DNA from: Burkholderiales bacterium 67-32
GTDB lineage: Bacteria; Pseudomonadota; Gammaproteobacteria; Burkholderiales; Burkholderiaceae_B
Assembly: GCA_001898625.1 (NCBI GenBank)
Contig: MKUP01000027.1
Coordinates: forward strand, 180,188-244,187
Length of the DNA: 64,000 nt
Reading direction: 5' to 3'
Positions 46,399-55,838 of the stretch are shown in pieces. The stretch's first letter is position 1. Each line of letters begins with the position of its first letter. The position numbers and the translations under genes were made by a program. The notes beneath the pieces were generated by a model. It did not search any database and was not told the DNA's origin. It saw nothing but the letters and a program-made list of their open reading frames with translations.

Positions 46399-46872
46399 AT
46401 GAAGTGTCCTTTCTGTCGCCATGACGACACCCAGGTGATGGACACCCGGGTGTTGGAAGAAGGCAGCGCCATTCGCCGGCGCCGCCGCTGCACGCATTGC
46501 GATCGGCGCTTCACCACCTACGAGCGGGTGGAGCTGTCGTTGCCGGCGGTGGTCAAGCGCAATGGCAGCCGGTCGGAGTACGACCAGGGCAAGCTGCGCG
46601 GCAGCCTGATGCTGGCGCTGCGCAAGCGGGCCGTCAGTGCCGACGCGGTGGAAGCCGCCGTCACCCGCATCGAGGAAGCCCTGATGACCAGCGGCCTGCG
46701 CGAGGTACCGTCCGAGCGCGTGGGCGAACTGGTCATGCAGGAGCTCAAGAAGCTCGACAAGATCGCCTACATCCGCTTTGCCTCGGTCTACAAGAGCTTC
46801 GAGGACGTGGACGAGTTCACCGACGTCGTGCGCGAGATCCAGGGGCCGCGGCCTCCCGCCGCGAAGTCCTGA
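46399..46872 (+). CDS. nrdR: Transcriptional repressor NrdR
   Basis: 157 aa. Zinc ribbon MKCPFC...[12 protein letters not shown] followed by an ATP-cone. Confidence 0.95.
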   Translation: MKCPFCRHDDTQVMDTRVLEEGSAIRRRRRCTHCDRRFTTYERVELSLPAVVKRNGSRSEYDQGKLRGSLMLALRKRAVSADAVEAAVTRIEEALMTSGLREVPSERVGELVMQELKKLDKIAYIRFASVYKSFEDVDEFTDVVREIQGPRPPAAKS

Positions 46873-46878
46873 TCGCCG

Positions 46879-48033
46879 ATGAGCGCCGACCCGACCGAAC
46901 GTCCCGAGGATGCCGCCTGGATGGGGCGCGCGCTGTCGCTGGCCGACGGCGTCATGTACACGACTTCGCCGAATCCCCGCGTGGGTTGCGTCATCGTGCG
47001 CGACGGCCAGGTCCTGGGCGAGGGCGCGACCCAGCCCGTGGGCGGGCCGCATGCCGAGGTGCGGGCGCTGCGCGACGCGCAGGCGCGCGGCCTGTCGGTC
47101 GAAGGCGCCACTGTCTACGTCACGTTGGAGCCGTGCAGCCACCATGGCCGCACGCCGCCCTGCGTCGATGCGCTCGTCGCCGCCGCGCCGGCGCGGGTCG
47201 TCGTGGCGACGGGCGATCCCAATCCGCGCGTCAACGGCGAGGGCCTGGCGCGGCTGCGCGCCGCGGGCATCGCCGTCACCGCGGGCGTGTGCCTGGACGA
47301 GGCGCTGGCGCTGAACGTCGGCTTCGTCTCCCGCATGAGCCGCGGCACGCCCTGGCTCTGGGCCAAGATGGCGGCGTCGCTGGACGGGCGCAGCGCGCTG
47401 CCCAACGGCCGGTCGCAATGGATCACCGGCGAGGCCGCGCGGGCCGACGGCCACCATTGGCGCGCGCGCAGTTGCGCCGTATTGACCGGTATCGGCACCG
47501 TGCTGGCCGACGATCCGCGCCTGGACGTGCGCCATGTGGCGACCACGCGCCCGCCGCGCAAGATCGTGCTGGATACGCATCTGCGCATGCCGGCCGACGC
47601 GCGCCTGCTCGATGGCACCGAAACCTGGATCTTCACCGCGCGCGAAGATGCCGGCCGGGCCGCCGAACTGGCGGCGCGCAATGCGCGGGTCATTGGCCTG
47701 CCCGACCCGGATGGCCGCGTCGACCTGCCCGGCGTCATGCGCTGGCTGGGGCGGCACGACATCAACGAAGTCCATGCCGAGGCCGGTGCGGTGCTGACCG
47801 GCGCCTTGCTCGAGGCCGGCTGCGTGGACGAACTGCTGGTCTACATGGCGCCCATGCTGCTGGGCGAGGGCGCCGGCATGGCGCGCCTGCCGCTGATCGA
47901 GGACCTGGACCAGGCGCGCCGTTTCCATTTCGTGGACGTGCGCGGGCTGGGCCCGGACGTCCGGCTGCGGGCGCAGGACCCGCAGCGGCTGGCGGCCGCC
48001 CGCGCGGCCGCCACACCCGCGCGGCGGCCCTGA
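46879..48033 (+). CDS. ribD: Bifunctional riboflavin biosynthesis protein RibD (pyrimidine deaminase/uracil reductase)
   Basis: 384 aa. Deaminase zinc motifs HAEV and PCSHHGRTPPC, with a reductase C-terminal domain. Confidence 0.93.
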   Translation: MSADPTERPEDAAWMGRALSLADGVMYTTSPNPRVGCVIVRDGQVLGEGATQPVGGPHAEVRALRDAQARGLSVEGATVYVTLEPCSHHGRTPPCVDALVAAAPARVVVATGDPNPRVNGEGLARLRAAGIAVTAGVCLDEALALNVGFVSRMSRGTPWLWAKMAASLDGRSALPNGRSQWITGEAARADGHHWRARSCAVLTGIGTVLADDPRLDVRHVATTRPPRKIVLDTHLRMPADARLLDGTETWIFTAREDAGRAAELAARNARVIGLPDPDGRVDLPGVMRWLGRHDINEVHAEAGAVLTGALLEAGCVDELLVYMAPMLLGEGAGMARLPLIEDLDQARRFHFVDVRGLGPDVRLRAQDPQRLAAARAAATPARRP

Positions 48034-48043
48034 GCCGCCACGC

Positions 48044-48808
48044 TCAGGGGGCCGTCCGGCTGCCCAGCGTGCGTGACAGTTCGGCGGCTTCCCGCACCAC
48101 CAGTTCTCCGAATTCCTCGATGCGGCCGGCGGGCAGCCGCGCGCTGGGGCCGAACACGCCCAGCGAGCCGGCCACCTGGCCGCTGCGGTCGAAGAACGGC
48201 GCGGCGATCGCCACCGCCCCCTGTATCAGTTCGTCCTTGCTGACGGCATAGCCCCGTCGCTTCACCAGGTCCAGGTCTTCGGCCGGCCGCGCGATGTCCA
48301 GGCCGCGCTCGGCCGCGTAGCGGCGGCGGTCCTCGTCGCCCTGTCCGATGCTGGCCAGGATGGCCCGGCCGCTGGCGCCCACCGAGATCCGCTCGCGATA
48401 GCCGATGCCGCGCTTGAAGCTCAGGGGCTGGGGGCTGGGCAGTTCGGCGATGCAGAGCCGGTCGCCGCCTTGCAGCACGAACAGGGCGACCGTCTCGCCG
48501 GTCTGCTCGCGCAGCCGCTGCATCGGCGGCGTGGCCAGCGAGCTGAGGTCCAGGCTGGAGGTCCAGACGTGGGCGAGCTGGCCCACCGACGGCCCCAGGC
48601 GGAATTTCTGCGGATCCCCCTCCGACACCACGAAGCCGCATTGCTCCAGCGTGTACAGCAGGCGGTACAGCGTGGGGCGGCTCAGGTCCACGCGCTTGAG
48701 CAACTGCCCCACCGTCAGCTCGTAGTCCGTGGCCGTGAAGGCCAGCAGGATCTCCAGGGCCCGGTCCACGGCCCGCACGCTTTCGCCCGGTTTCTCGGTT
48801 TCCGCCAC
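48044..48808 (-). CDS. IclR family transcriptional regulator
   Basis: 254 aa from GTG 48808, preceded by GAGGAAAGG. The ORF track extends to ATG 48922, which would overlap the divergent promoter. HTH TVGQLLKRVDLSRPTLYRLLYTLE. Confidence 0.85.
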   Translation of the reverse strand: MAETEKPGESVRAVDRALEILLAFTATDYELTVGQLLKRVDLSRPTLYRLLYTLEQCGFVVSEGDPQKFRLGPSVGQLAHVWTSSLDLSSLATPPMQRLREQTGETVALFVLQGGDRLCIAELPSPQPLSFKRGIGYRERISVGASGRAILASIGQGDEDRRRYAAERGLDIARPAEDLDLVKRRGYAVSKDELIQGAVAIAAPFFDRSGQVAGSLGVFGPSARLPAGRIEEFGELVVREAAELSRTLGSRTAP

Positions 48809-48886
48809 GCCTTTCCTCGTTCGTCTCTGTCCATCGAGCCCGACATCGTAGCCGAGCCGCCGCCGGGTTCCGTTACCGCCTGCCCG

Positions 48887-48914
48887 TTGACAATCTGTTT
48901 TATGTCCGTAGAAT
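48887..48914 (+). promoter_or_regulatory. Near-consensus sigma70 promoter for the Rieske oxygenase operon
   Basis: TTGACA (48887-92), a 16-nt spacer, then TAGAAT (48909-14), about 50 nt upstream of ATG 48964. Confidence 0.7.
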
Positions 48915-48939
48915 GGACTCAATTATCATAGAACGGACA
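48903..48939. promoter_or_regulatory. Inverted repeat TGTCCGT-N23-ACGGACA overlapping the -10 region (candidate IclR operator)
   Basis: Arms at 48903-09 and 48933-39 are exact reverse complements. They straddle the -10 hexamer and the predicted transcription start. Confidence 0.5.
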
Positions 48940-48963
48940 AACCATGCAGGAGGCAGTGGAGTC

Positions 48964-50235
48964 ATGAACAAGGAAACCTCGGAAATCCTGGTGCGCACGG
49001 GCCCGGGCACGCCCATGGGCAATCTGCTGCGGCGCTACTGGGTCCCCATCCTGAAAGCGAGCGAGATCGCCGAACCCGACTGTCCGCCGGTGCGGGTCCA
49101 GATCATGGGCGAGAAGCTGCTGGCATTCCGCGACAGCAGCGGGCAGGTGGGGCTGATCGACGAGTTCTGTTCGCACCGCGGCGTGTCGCTGTACTTCGGC
49201 CGCAACGAAGAGGACGGCATCCGCTGCGCCTATCACGGCCTGAAGTTCAACCGCCTGGGCGAATGCGTGGATGTGCCGTCGGCGCCGCAAAGCTGCAGCC
49301 GCATGGGCATCAAGGCCTATCCGTGCATCGAGCGCGGTTCCGTCGTCTGGGCCTACATGGGGCCGCCCGAGACCCAGCCCAGCCTGCCCGAGGTGGAGTG
49401 GTGCGGCCTGCCGGAAAGCCATATCTACGTGTCCAGGCGGTTGCAGGAATCCAATTACCTGCAGGCCATGGAAGGCGGCATCGACACCAGCCACGTGTCG
49501 TACGTGCACCGCTACGAGGTCGATGTCGATCCGCTGCATCAGGGCACCAAGGCCAACGACTACATCAAGGCCGACGGCAACGTCGTGTTCGACATCGAGA
49601 AGAACGCGTTCGGCCTGTCGCTGTACGGCCGCCGCAACGGCGAACCGGATTCGTATTACTGGCGCGTCACCCAGTGGCTGTTCCCGTGGTTCACGCTGAT
49701 CCCGCCATTCGGCGAACACGCGCTGGGCGGCCATGTCTGGGTGCCCATCGACGACCACAGTTGCTGGGCCTGGAGCATCAATTTCCACCCTGGCAAGCCG
49801 CTGTCCGGGCAGGAGCGCGCGGACCTGGACGCGGGCCGGGGCATTCACGCGCCCTGCGATCCCGTCACTTTCCGTCCGCTTGCCAACAAGGACAACGACT
49901 ATCTGATCGATCGCGTGGCGCAGAAGGAGAAGCGCGCGTACAGCGGCGTGTTCGGCTTCGCCATGCAGGATGCGTCGCTGCAGGAAAGCATGGGACCCAT
50001 CCAGAACCACGAGGCCGAACGGCTGTTGCCCACGGATCGCGCCATCGTCATGGCGCGCCGCATGCTGCACGAGGCCGTCGTGGGCCTGGCCAACGGTTCG
50101 GAGCCGCCGGCGCTGGACGGTGCGGCGCAGCGCGTGCGCGCCGCCGGCGTCCTGCTGGACCGTGCCGCCGATCCGATGGAGTGGGCCAAGAAACACCTGG
50201 CGGACGGCCTGAACGAGCCGGTCTACAGCGTGTAG
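48964..50235 (+). CDS. Rieske non-heme iron oxygenase, alpha-only (phthalate/VanA-type class I oxygenase component)
   Basis: 423 aa from ATG 48964. Rieske CSHRG...CAYHG, and iron motif EGGIDTSHVSYVH (E-x3-D-x2-H-x4-H). No beta subunit or reductase gene is adjacent. Confidence 0.88.
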   Translation: MNKETSEILVRTGPGTPMGNLLRRYWVPILKASEIAEPDCPPVRVQIMGEKLLAFRDSSGQVGLIDEFCSHRGVSLYFGRNEEDGIRCAYHGLKFNRLGECVDVPSAPQSCSRMGIKAYPCIERGSVVWAYMGPPETQPSLPEVEWCGLPESHIYVSRRLQESNYLQAMEGGIDTSHVSYVHRYEVDVDPLHQGTKANDYIKADGNVVFDIEKNAFGLSLYGRRNGEPDSYYWRVTQWLFPWFTLIPPFGEHALGGHVWVPIDDHSCWAWSINFHPGKPLSGQERADLDAGRGIHAPCDPVTFRPLANKDNDYLIDRVAQKEKRAYSGVFGFAMQDASLQESMGPIQNHEAERLLPTDRAIVMARRMLHEAVVGLANGSEPPALDGAAQRVRAAGVLLDRAADPMEWAKKHLADGLNEPVYSV

Positions 50236-50293
50236 CCATGCGGCCAGGGCTTCGGCCGGCCGCTTCAAGAACGAGAGGGTAAGGAGACTTTCC

Positions 50294-51268
50294 ATGCAAG
50301 CATTGCTACGCAAGGCGGCCTGCGCGCTGGCCGCCTGTTCCATGGCGCAGGCGGCCGTGGCCGCCGAGGAATGGGCGCCCACCAAGCCGGTGCGCATCAT
50401 CGTGCCCATCGTGGGCAGCACCAACGACGTGCTGGGGCGGCTGGTCGCGTCCAAGCTCGAAGGCATACTCGGGCAGCCCGTCATCGTCGAGAACAAGCCG
50501 GGCGCCGGCGGCAACATCGGCGCCGACCTGGTGGCCAAGTCGCCGCCGGACGGCTACACGCTGCTGGTGGGCTACAACGGGCCCATCGCCATCAACAAGA
50601 CGCTGTTCGACAACATGCCCTACGATCCCGTGACCGACCTGGCGCCGATCACGCTCGCGGTCAGTTCGCCGCAGTACCTGGTGGTCAACCCCGGGTTGCC
50701 GGTCAAGAGCGTGGCCGATCTGGTGGCCTGGTCCAAGGCCCATCCGGGCAAGCTGTCGTACGGGTCGGTGGCCACGGGCAGCGCTTCGCACCTGACCATG
50801 GAAATGCTGAACGAAGCCTCGGGGCTGGGCGCCACGCACGTGCCCTATCGTGGCGCCTCGCCGGCCCTGGTCGACCTGGTGGCGGGCAACGTGCAGGCGG
50901 CCTTCATGGTGCCCGGCAACGTCCAGCAGTACGTGAAGGAAGGGCGGCTCAAGCTGTTGGCCTCGACGGGCGAGAAGCGGTTTTCCAGCACGCCCGGCAT
51001 CCCGACCATGATCGAGTCGGGCTATCCCCATTTCGTCGCCACGTCGTGGATAGGCTTCCTGGCGCCGGCCGGCACGCCGCGCCCCATCATCGACCGCTAC
51101 AACAAGGAGATCGTGAAGATCCTGCACATGCCCGACGTGCAGCAGAAGCTGCGCGACATGGAGTTCGAGGTCGTGGCCAACACGCCTGAACAGTTCGGCG
51201 CGTGGATACGGACCGAAGTGGAACGCTGGGGCAAGGTCATCAAGGCCACCGGCGCGAAGGCGGGATAG
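50294..51268 (+). CDS. Bug-family TTT solute-binding protein
   Basis: 324 aa. Signal peptide ...AQAAVA, then KPVRIIVP, ENKPGAGGN, PPDGYTLL and HVPYRGA. Confidence 0.9.
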   Translation: MQALLRKAACALAACSMAQAAVAAEEWAPTKPVRIIVPIVGSTNDVLGRLVASKLEGILGQPVIVENKPGAGGNIGADLVAKSPPDGYTLLVGYNGPIAINKTLFDNMPYDPVTDLAPITLAVSSPQYLVVNPGLPVKSVADLVAWSKAHPGKLSYGSVATGSASHLTMEMLNEASGLGATHVPYRGASPALVDLVAGNVQAAFMVPGNVQQYVKEGRLKLLASTGEKRFSSTPGIPTMIESGYPHFVATSWIGFLAPAGTPRPIIDRYNKEIVKILHMPDVQQKLRDMEFEVVANTPEQFGAWIRTEVERWGKVIKATGAKAG

Positions 51269-51271
51269 GTC

Positions 51272-52045
51272 ATGGCCAGACTTGCCGAACGCAGGGCCCT
51301 GATCACCGGCGGTGCCGCGGGCATAGGCGCCGCCATCGGGCGGATCTTCTGCCAGGAAGGCGCGGCGGTGCTGCTGGTGGACCGCGATGCCGACGCGCTG
51401 GCGCGCACCGCCGCGGTGCTGCGCGAGCAGCACCCGGGTGCCCGGATCGAATGCCTGGCCGCCGACGTGGCCGACGAGGACGCGGCGCTGAGCGCGGCCG
51501 CGCTGGCCCGGCGGGCCTGGGGCGGGCTGGACGTCCTGGTCTGCAACGCCGCCATGCGCAACTATTCGCCCCTGTCCGAAGCCCGGCCCGAGGAATGGCG
51601 GGCCATGGTGGACGTCAACCTGATCGGCACGGCCAACTACTGCCGTGCCGCGCTGCCCGCGCTGCGCGAGTCGGGCCAGGGGAGCCTGGTGATCGTGTCG
51701 TCGTGCTACGCGGTGACCGGCCGGGCGGGCATGGGCATCTACGACGCGACCAAGGCCGGCCTGCTGGCGATGACCCGCACGCTGGCGTTCGAGGAAGCGC
51801 CGCACGGCGTGCGCGTCAACGCCGTGTGCCCGGGGTCGACGCTGACCGAGTTCCACGTGGGCCGGGCCCGGGCGCGCGGCAAGGCGGTTGAACAGCTCAA
51901 GGGCGAGCGCAGCGATACGTCGCTGCTGGGCCGCTGGGCAGCGCCCGACGAGATCGCCTGGCCGGTGCTGTGGCTGGCCTCGGACGAAGCCTCGTTCATG
52001 ACCGGCACCCACGTGCTGGTCGATGGAGGGCTGTCGGCGATGTGA
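51272..52045 (+). CDS. Short-chain dehydrogenase/reductase
   Basis: 257 aa with ITGGAAGIGAAI (TGxxxGxG), NAA, and YDATKAG (YxxxK). Confidence 0.9.
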   Translation: MARLAERRALITGGAAGIGAAIGRIFCQEGAAVLLVDRDADALARTAAVLREQHPGARIECLAADVADEDAALSAAALARRAWGGLDVLVCNAAMRNYSPLSEARPEEWRAMVDVNLIGTANYCRAALPALRESGQGSLVIVSSCYAVTGRAGMGIYDATKAGLLAMTRTLAFEEAPHGVRVNAVCPGSTLTEFHVGRARARGKAVEQLKGERSDTSLLGRWAAPDEIAWPVLWLASDEASFMTGTHVLVDGGLSAM

Positions 52046-52094
52046 TGCGCAAGATGCGCACTATCGGCCTGTTTTCTTTATGATGTCCCCATCA

Positions 52095-52134
52095 GGCGTG
52101 GCCGGCGGGGGGTGCCCGGCCACGCCGTACTTTT
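52095..52134 (+). terminator. Rho-independent terminator after the SDR gene
   Basis: 11-bp stem ggcgtggccgg (52095-105) pairs with ccggccacgcc (52116-126) across a 10-nt loop, followed by gtacTTTT (to 52134). Confidence 0.8.
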
Positions 52135-52216
52135 CGGGGGGACGGGATCCGTGCATGCGTCGACGTCCAGGGGCGGGCGGTTCCGCCCAGGCCGGGGTGA
52201 ACAGCGGCGGTGGAAA

Positions 52217-53590
52217 GTGCGCGGGGCGCTGGCCTGGCTGGCCGTCGTCCTGCACACGGGCGCGGCGGCCCAGGTGCTGCCCGCCCTGAGCTTCCAGGCG
52301 GCGCAGCAGCAGGTGCTGACGCGGTCCGACAAGCTGGGCGCGGCGCGGGCAGCGGTCGAAAGCAAGGAACTCCAGTTGGAAGGCGTGCGCAACCTGGGCG
52401 GGCCTTCGCTCAGCGTGTCCGCGTCCCACCTCCGCTACGAGGCCAACGCCAATCTCAGCCTGTCGGGGCTGAACAACATCGGCATTCCGCTGCCCCTGCC
52501 TTCCAACGTGGAGCTGGAACGGCGCGGCTCCCTGACCAACAAATCCCTGATCGGCATCTGGCCGCTCTATCTGGGCGGGGCCACCGACGCGGCGCGCGGC
52601 CTGGTCCATGCCCAGGCCGACGAGGCGCGCGCGGACGCGACCCAGGCCGGCTACGAAGTGCAGACCACGCTGGCCAAGCGCTATTTCGCCGCGCAGCTCG
52701 CCGCCCGCGCCTGGGACCTGCGCCGCGAGGCCCTGCGCGCCATCGGCGAGCACGACCGCGCGGCCGAACGCATGATGGCCGAAGGCACGATTGCCCGCGT
52801 CGATCGATTGCGGGCTCGCGTTGCGCTGGAGGATGCGCGGCGCGAGGAGCGCAAGGCGCAGGACACGCTGGAACTGGCGCAGGTCGCGCTGGGCCGCACG
52901 CTGCGCATGGACGAGGCGGTGCGGCCTTCGACACCGCTGTTCATCCTGACCCAGGCGATCGAACCGCTGCCGTATTTCCTGGAAGCCGCGATGCACGGCC
53001 ATCCCGCGCTGGGCAAGGTCGCGGCCAAGGAAGAACAGGCGCGCCAGCTGCATGCGGTGGAGACCGCCACGCGGCGCCCGCAGGTGTTCGCGTTCGGCGG
53101 GCACCAGATCCGCAGCGAGAACGGCAGCTGGCTGGTGGGCGTGGGCGTGCGCTGGACGCTGTGGGACTCGCTGGACCGGCCCTCGCTGGACGCCGCCAGC
53201 GACAAGACCATCCTGCAGGCCCAACTGACCGAGGCCCAGGCGCGGCAGGACATCAGCCTGCTGGTGGAAAGCAAGTGGCGCGCGGTGGACCAGGCGCGCC
53301 GCCAGTTCCTCGCGACCGCCGCCAGCGTGGAGCTGGCCGACGAGGTGGTGCGCCTGCGCACCAGTGGCCTGCGCGAAGGCGTCAGCACCGCCACCGACCT
53401 GATCGATGCCGAGACCAACCGCGCCAAGGTGCAGACCGAAAGGGCGCAGGCCGCCTACGACTACATCCAGTCCCTGGCCGAGCTGCTGGAGGCCAGCGGG
53501 CTGGGCGGCGAGCTGACGCGCTACATCGAACGGGCGGACGTGCGCCTGCCGCTGGCGGCCGTGGTCGCCGACCCCGCCCGCAGCCCCTGA
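52217..53590 (+). CDS. TolC-family outer membrane efflux factor
   Basis: 457 aa from GTG 52217, giving the signal peptide (M)RGALAWLAVVLHTGAAA/Q. Alternative start at GTG 52151. The ORF-track start at 52112 lies inside the terminator hairpin. Two OEP-type coiled-coil/beta repeats. Confidence 0.8.
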   Translation: MRGALAWLAVVLHTGAAAQVLPALSFQAAQQQVLTRSDKLGAARAAVESKELQLEGVRNLGGPSLSVSASHLRYEANANLSLSGLNNIGIPLPLPSNVELERRGSLTNKSLIGIWPLYLGGATDAARGLVHAQADEARADATQAGYEVQTTLAKRYFAAQLAARAWDLRREALRAIGEHDRAAERMMAEGTIARVDRLRARVALEDARREERKAQDTLELAQVALGRTLRMDEAVRPSTPLFILTQAIEPLPYFLEAAMHGHPALGKVAAKEEQARQLHAVETATRRPQVFAFGGHQIRSENGSWLVGVGVRWTLWDSLDRPSLDAASDKTILQAQLTEAQARQDISLLVESKWRAVDQARRQFLATAASVELADEVVRLRTSGLREGVSTATDLIDAETNRAKVQTERAQAAYDYIQSLAELLEASGLGGELTRYIERADVRLPLAAVVADPARSP

Positions 53591-53611
53591 CGACAACGAG
53601 ACCGAGCTGCC

Positions 53612-54589
53612 ATGAGCGCAAAAAAATCCACTCTCGCCATCGCCGCTGCCGGCGTGCTGGCGCTGGCCGTCGTCGCCTACGGCTTCTGGCGCGCGTCGAG
53701 CCCCGCGCCCGAGCAGTTCCAGGGCTACATGGAAGCCCAGGAAACCGACATCGCCGCCAAGATATCGGCGCGCGTGGCCGAGGTGGCGGTGAAGGAAGGC
53801 GACCGCGTGGAGCGCGGTTCGCTGCTGGTGCGCCTGGACAGTCCCGAGGTCGCGGCCAAGATGGCCCAGGTCCAGGGGGCGCTGGCGGCGGCGCGGGCGG
53901 TGCAGGCCAAGGCCGATCGCGGTGCCCGCCCGCAGGAGATCACGATGGCGCAACTGAACTGGCAGCGCGCGCAGGCGGCGGCCGATCTGGCCGAGGTCTC
54001 GTTCCGCCGCGTGGACAACCTCGCGCGCGAAGGGCTGGTGGCCGAGCAGAAGCGCGACGAGGCGCGCGCCAACTACCACGCCTCGCGAGATGCGGCGCTG
54101 GCGGCGCGGGCGCAGTATCAGCTCGCGCTGGACGGCGCGCGGCCCGAGGACAAGGAGGCCGCGGCGGGCCAGGCGCAGCAGGTGGCCGGCGCGCTGGCCG
54201 AGGTCGAGGCGGCCGAGGCCGAGGTCAATCTGAAAAGCCCCGTGGCCGGCGAGATCACCAAGGTCTATGCCAAGGTCGGCGAGCTGTCGCCGCAGGGCGT
54301 GGCGGTGGCCACCGTGGTCGACCTGACCGACCAGTGGGTCGCCATCAACGTGCGCGAGGACCGGCTTTCGCGCTTCGCCGTCGGGTCGAGCTTCGAGGCC
54401 GAACTGCCGGCACTGGACCGGCGCCGCGCGAATTTCAAGGTCTATTACGTGGCCGTACTGCCCGACTTCGCTACTTGGCGCACCACGCGCGCCAGCCAGG
54501 GGTTCGACGTCCGTACCTTCGAAGTCCGGGCCCGTCCGGAAGCGCCGATCGATGGGGCGCGGCCGGGCATGAGCGTCCTGGTCAGGTGA
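53612..54589 (+). CDS. HlyD-family membrane fusion (periplasmic adaptor) protein
   Basis: 325 aa. N-terminal TM anchor, lipoyl-like VKEGDRVERGSLLVRLD, a long Ala/Gln-rich coiled-coil hairpin and a beta-barrel C-terminus. Confidence 0.88.
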   Translation: MSAKKSTLAIAAAGVLALAVVAYGFWRASSPAPEQFQGYMEAQETDIAAKISARVAEVAVKEGDRVERGSLLVRLDSPEVAAKMAQVQGALAAARAVQAKADRGARPQEITMAQLNWQRAQAAADLAEVSFRRVDNLAREGLVAEQKRDEARANYHASRDAALAARAQYQLALDGARPEDKEAAAGQAQQVAGALAEVEAAEAEVNLKSPVAGEITKVYAKVGELSPQGVAVATVVDLTDQWVAINVREDRLSRFAVGSSFEAELPALDRRRANFKVYYVAVLPDFATWRTTRASQGFDVRTFEVRARPEAPIDGARPGMSVLVR

Positions 54590-54593
54590 GCGT

Positions 54594-55838
54594 TTGAGCG
54601 CGCCCGCGAACCGGGAAGCGCCGCGGTCCGGCACCTTCCTGCGCGCGGCGGGCCGGGAGGCCGCATGGCTGCGCCGGCATCCGCGCGAACTGGCCATGAT
54701 CAGCTGGGTGCCGCTGCTGGCCGTGCTGCTGCTGTGGTGGATGTTCTCGGCGGGCATCCCCACGCGCCTGCCCATCGCCATCGTGGACGACGACCACTCG
54801 GCCCTGTCGCGCCAGCTCGCGCGCATGCTGGAGGCGGCGCCGGGCCTGCGCATCGCGCGGCGCGACGCCAACCTGGCCGAAGCGCGGGCCGGCATGGAAC
54901 GGGGCGACATCTATGCGGTGGTGGCGATCGAGCGCGACTTCTCCCGCGACATCAAGCGCGGGGCGAGCGGCCACGTCACGCTGTACCACAACGCCCAGTT
55001 CTACACGGTGTCGGGCCTGGTCCTGCGCGACGTGCAGACCGTGGCCATGACGCTGTCGGCCGGCGTCGAGATGGCCGCGCGCAATCGCCGCGGCGAGCCG
55101 GCGCAGGCGGTGGCGGTCAGCGCCGAGCCGATCCGGCCCAGTTCGCTGGCCTTGTTCAACCCCAGCCTCAACTACGAACAATTCCTGGCGGCCGCGCTGA
55201 TCCCCGCGCTGCTGCACATCCTGGGCATGACGGCCGGCGCCTGGGCCGTGGGCCGGGAGATCCGCGACCGCACGGTGGGCGCCTGGCTCGCCGATGCCAC
55301 GGGTGCCGGGGTCGATTCCGGCGGCGGCGTGCGCGTCGCGGTGGGGCCGGCCCTGGCCGCGCTGGCCGGCAAGCTCGCGTGGCCATGGGTGGGCTTGTCC
55401 GCCGTGGGCCTGGCGGCGCTGCTGTGGCTGACCTGGGGGCGGGGCTGGCATCCGCCCGGCAGCCTGCCGTGGGTGGCCGTGGCCCTGGTGGCTTTCATTG
55501 CCCTGTCGATCGCGATGGGCGCGGTCGCGGCGCTGGCGACGCGCTCCCTGCGCACGGCGCTGTCGCTGGCCGGCATCGTGACCGCGCCGGCCTTCGCCTT
55601 CAGCGGCATGGGTTTTCCGCTGGCCGCCATGCCGGCCGGCGCGCGTGCCTGGGCGCTGGCGTTGCCCTATACCCATTACATACGGCTGCAGGTGGAGCAG
55701 TTGCAGATGGCGGCGCCCCTGCGCCATTCGCTGCCGACCTTCGTGCTGATGCCGGTGGCCACGGCGCTGCTCGCGCTGGCGGGCGCGTGGCTGTTGTGCC
55801 GCGTGGCGGCCGAGCCCGCGTGCTGGGGGGGCCGATGA
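54594..55838 (+). CDS. ABC-2 type transporter permease (YhhJ/YbhS-like), no ATPase domain
   Basis: 414 aa with a TTG start. One N-terminal TM, a large extracytoplasmic domain (IAIVDDDHSALSRQL...), then a C-terminal multi-TM bundle. No Walker A/B motifs. Confidence 0.85.
   Translation: MSAPANREAPRSGTFLRAAGREAAWLRRHPRELAMISWVPLLAVLLLWWMFSAGIPTRLPIAIVDDDHSALSRQLARMLEAAPGLRIARRDANLAEARAGMERGDIYAVVAIERDFSRDIKRGASGHVTLYHNAQFYTVSGLVLRDVQTVAMTLSAGVEMAARNRRGEPAQAVAVSAEPIRPSSLALFNPSLNYEQFLAAALIPALLHILGMTAGAWAVGREIRDRTVGAWLADATGAGVDSGGGVRVAVGPALAALAGKLAWPWVGLSAVGLAALLWLTWGRGWHPPGSLPWVAVALVAFIALSIAMGAVAALATRSLRTALSLAGIVTAPAFAFSGMGFPLAAMPAGARAWALALPYTHYIRLQVEQLQMAAPLRHSLPTFVLMPVATALLALAGAWLLCRVAAEPACWGGR

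Noticed and set aside
48809-48963. Longer versions of the divergent genes (IclR from ATG 48922; oxygenase from ATG 48913)
   Set aside because: Both extensions would overlap each other and the TTGACA/TAGAAT promoter. The shorter forms give family-typical lengths and have Shine-Dalgarno sequences.
52112-52216. ORF-track start (GTG 52112) for the outer membrane factor
   Set aside because: Position 52112 lies inside the loop and 3' arm of the 11-bp terminator hairpin (52095-52126). A downstream GTG (52217, or 52151) gives a normal signal peptide.
52061-54910. 949-aa minus-strand ORF spanning the OMF, HlyD and first permease genes
   Set aside because: This is the same high-GC artefact. It crosses three well-supported plus-strand genes and a terminator, and it has low-complexity Arg/Gly/Ala/Pro-rich sequence with no family signature.
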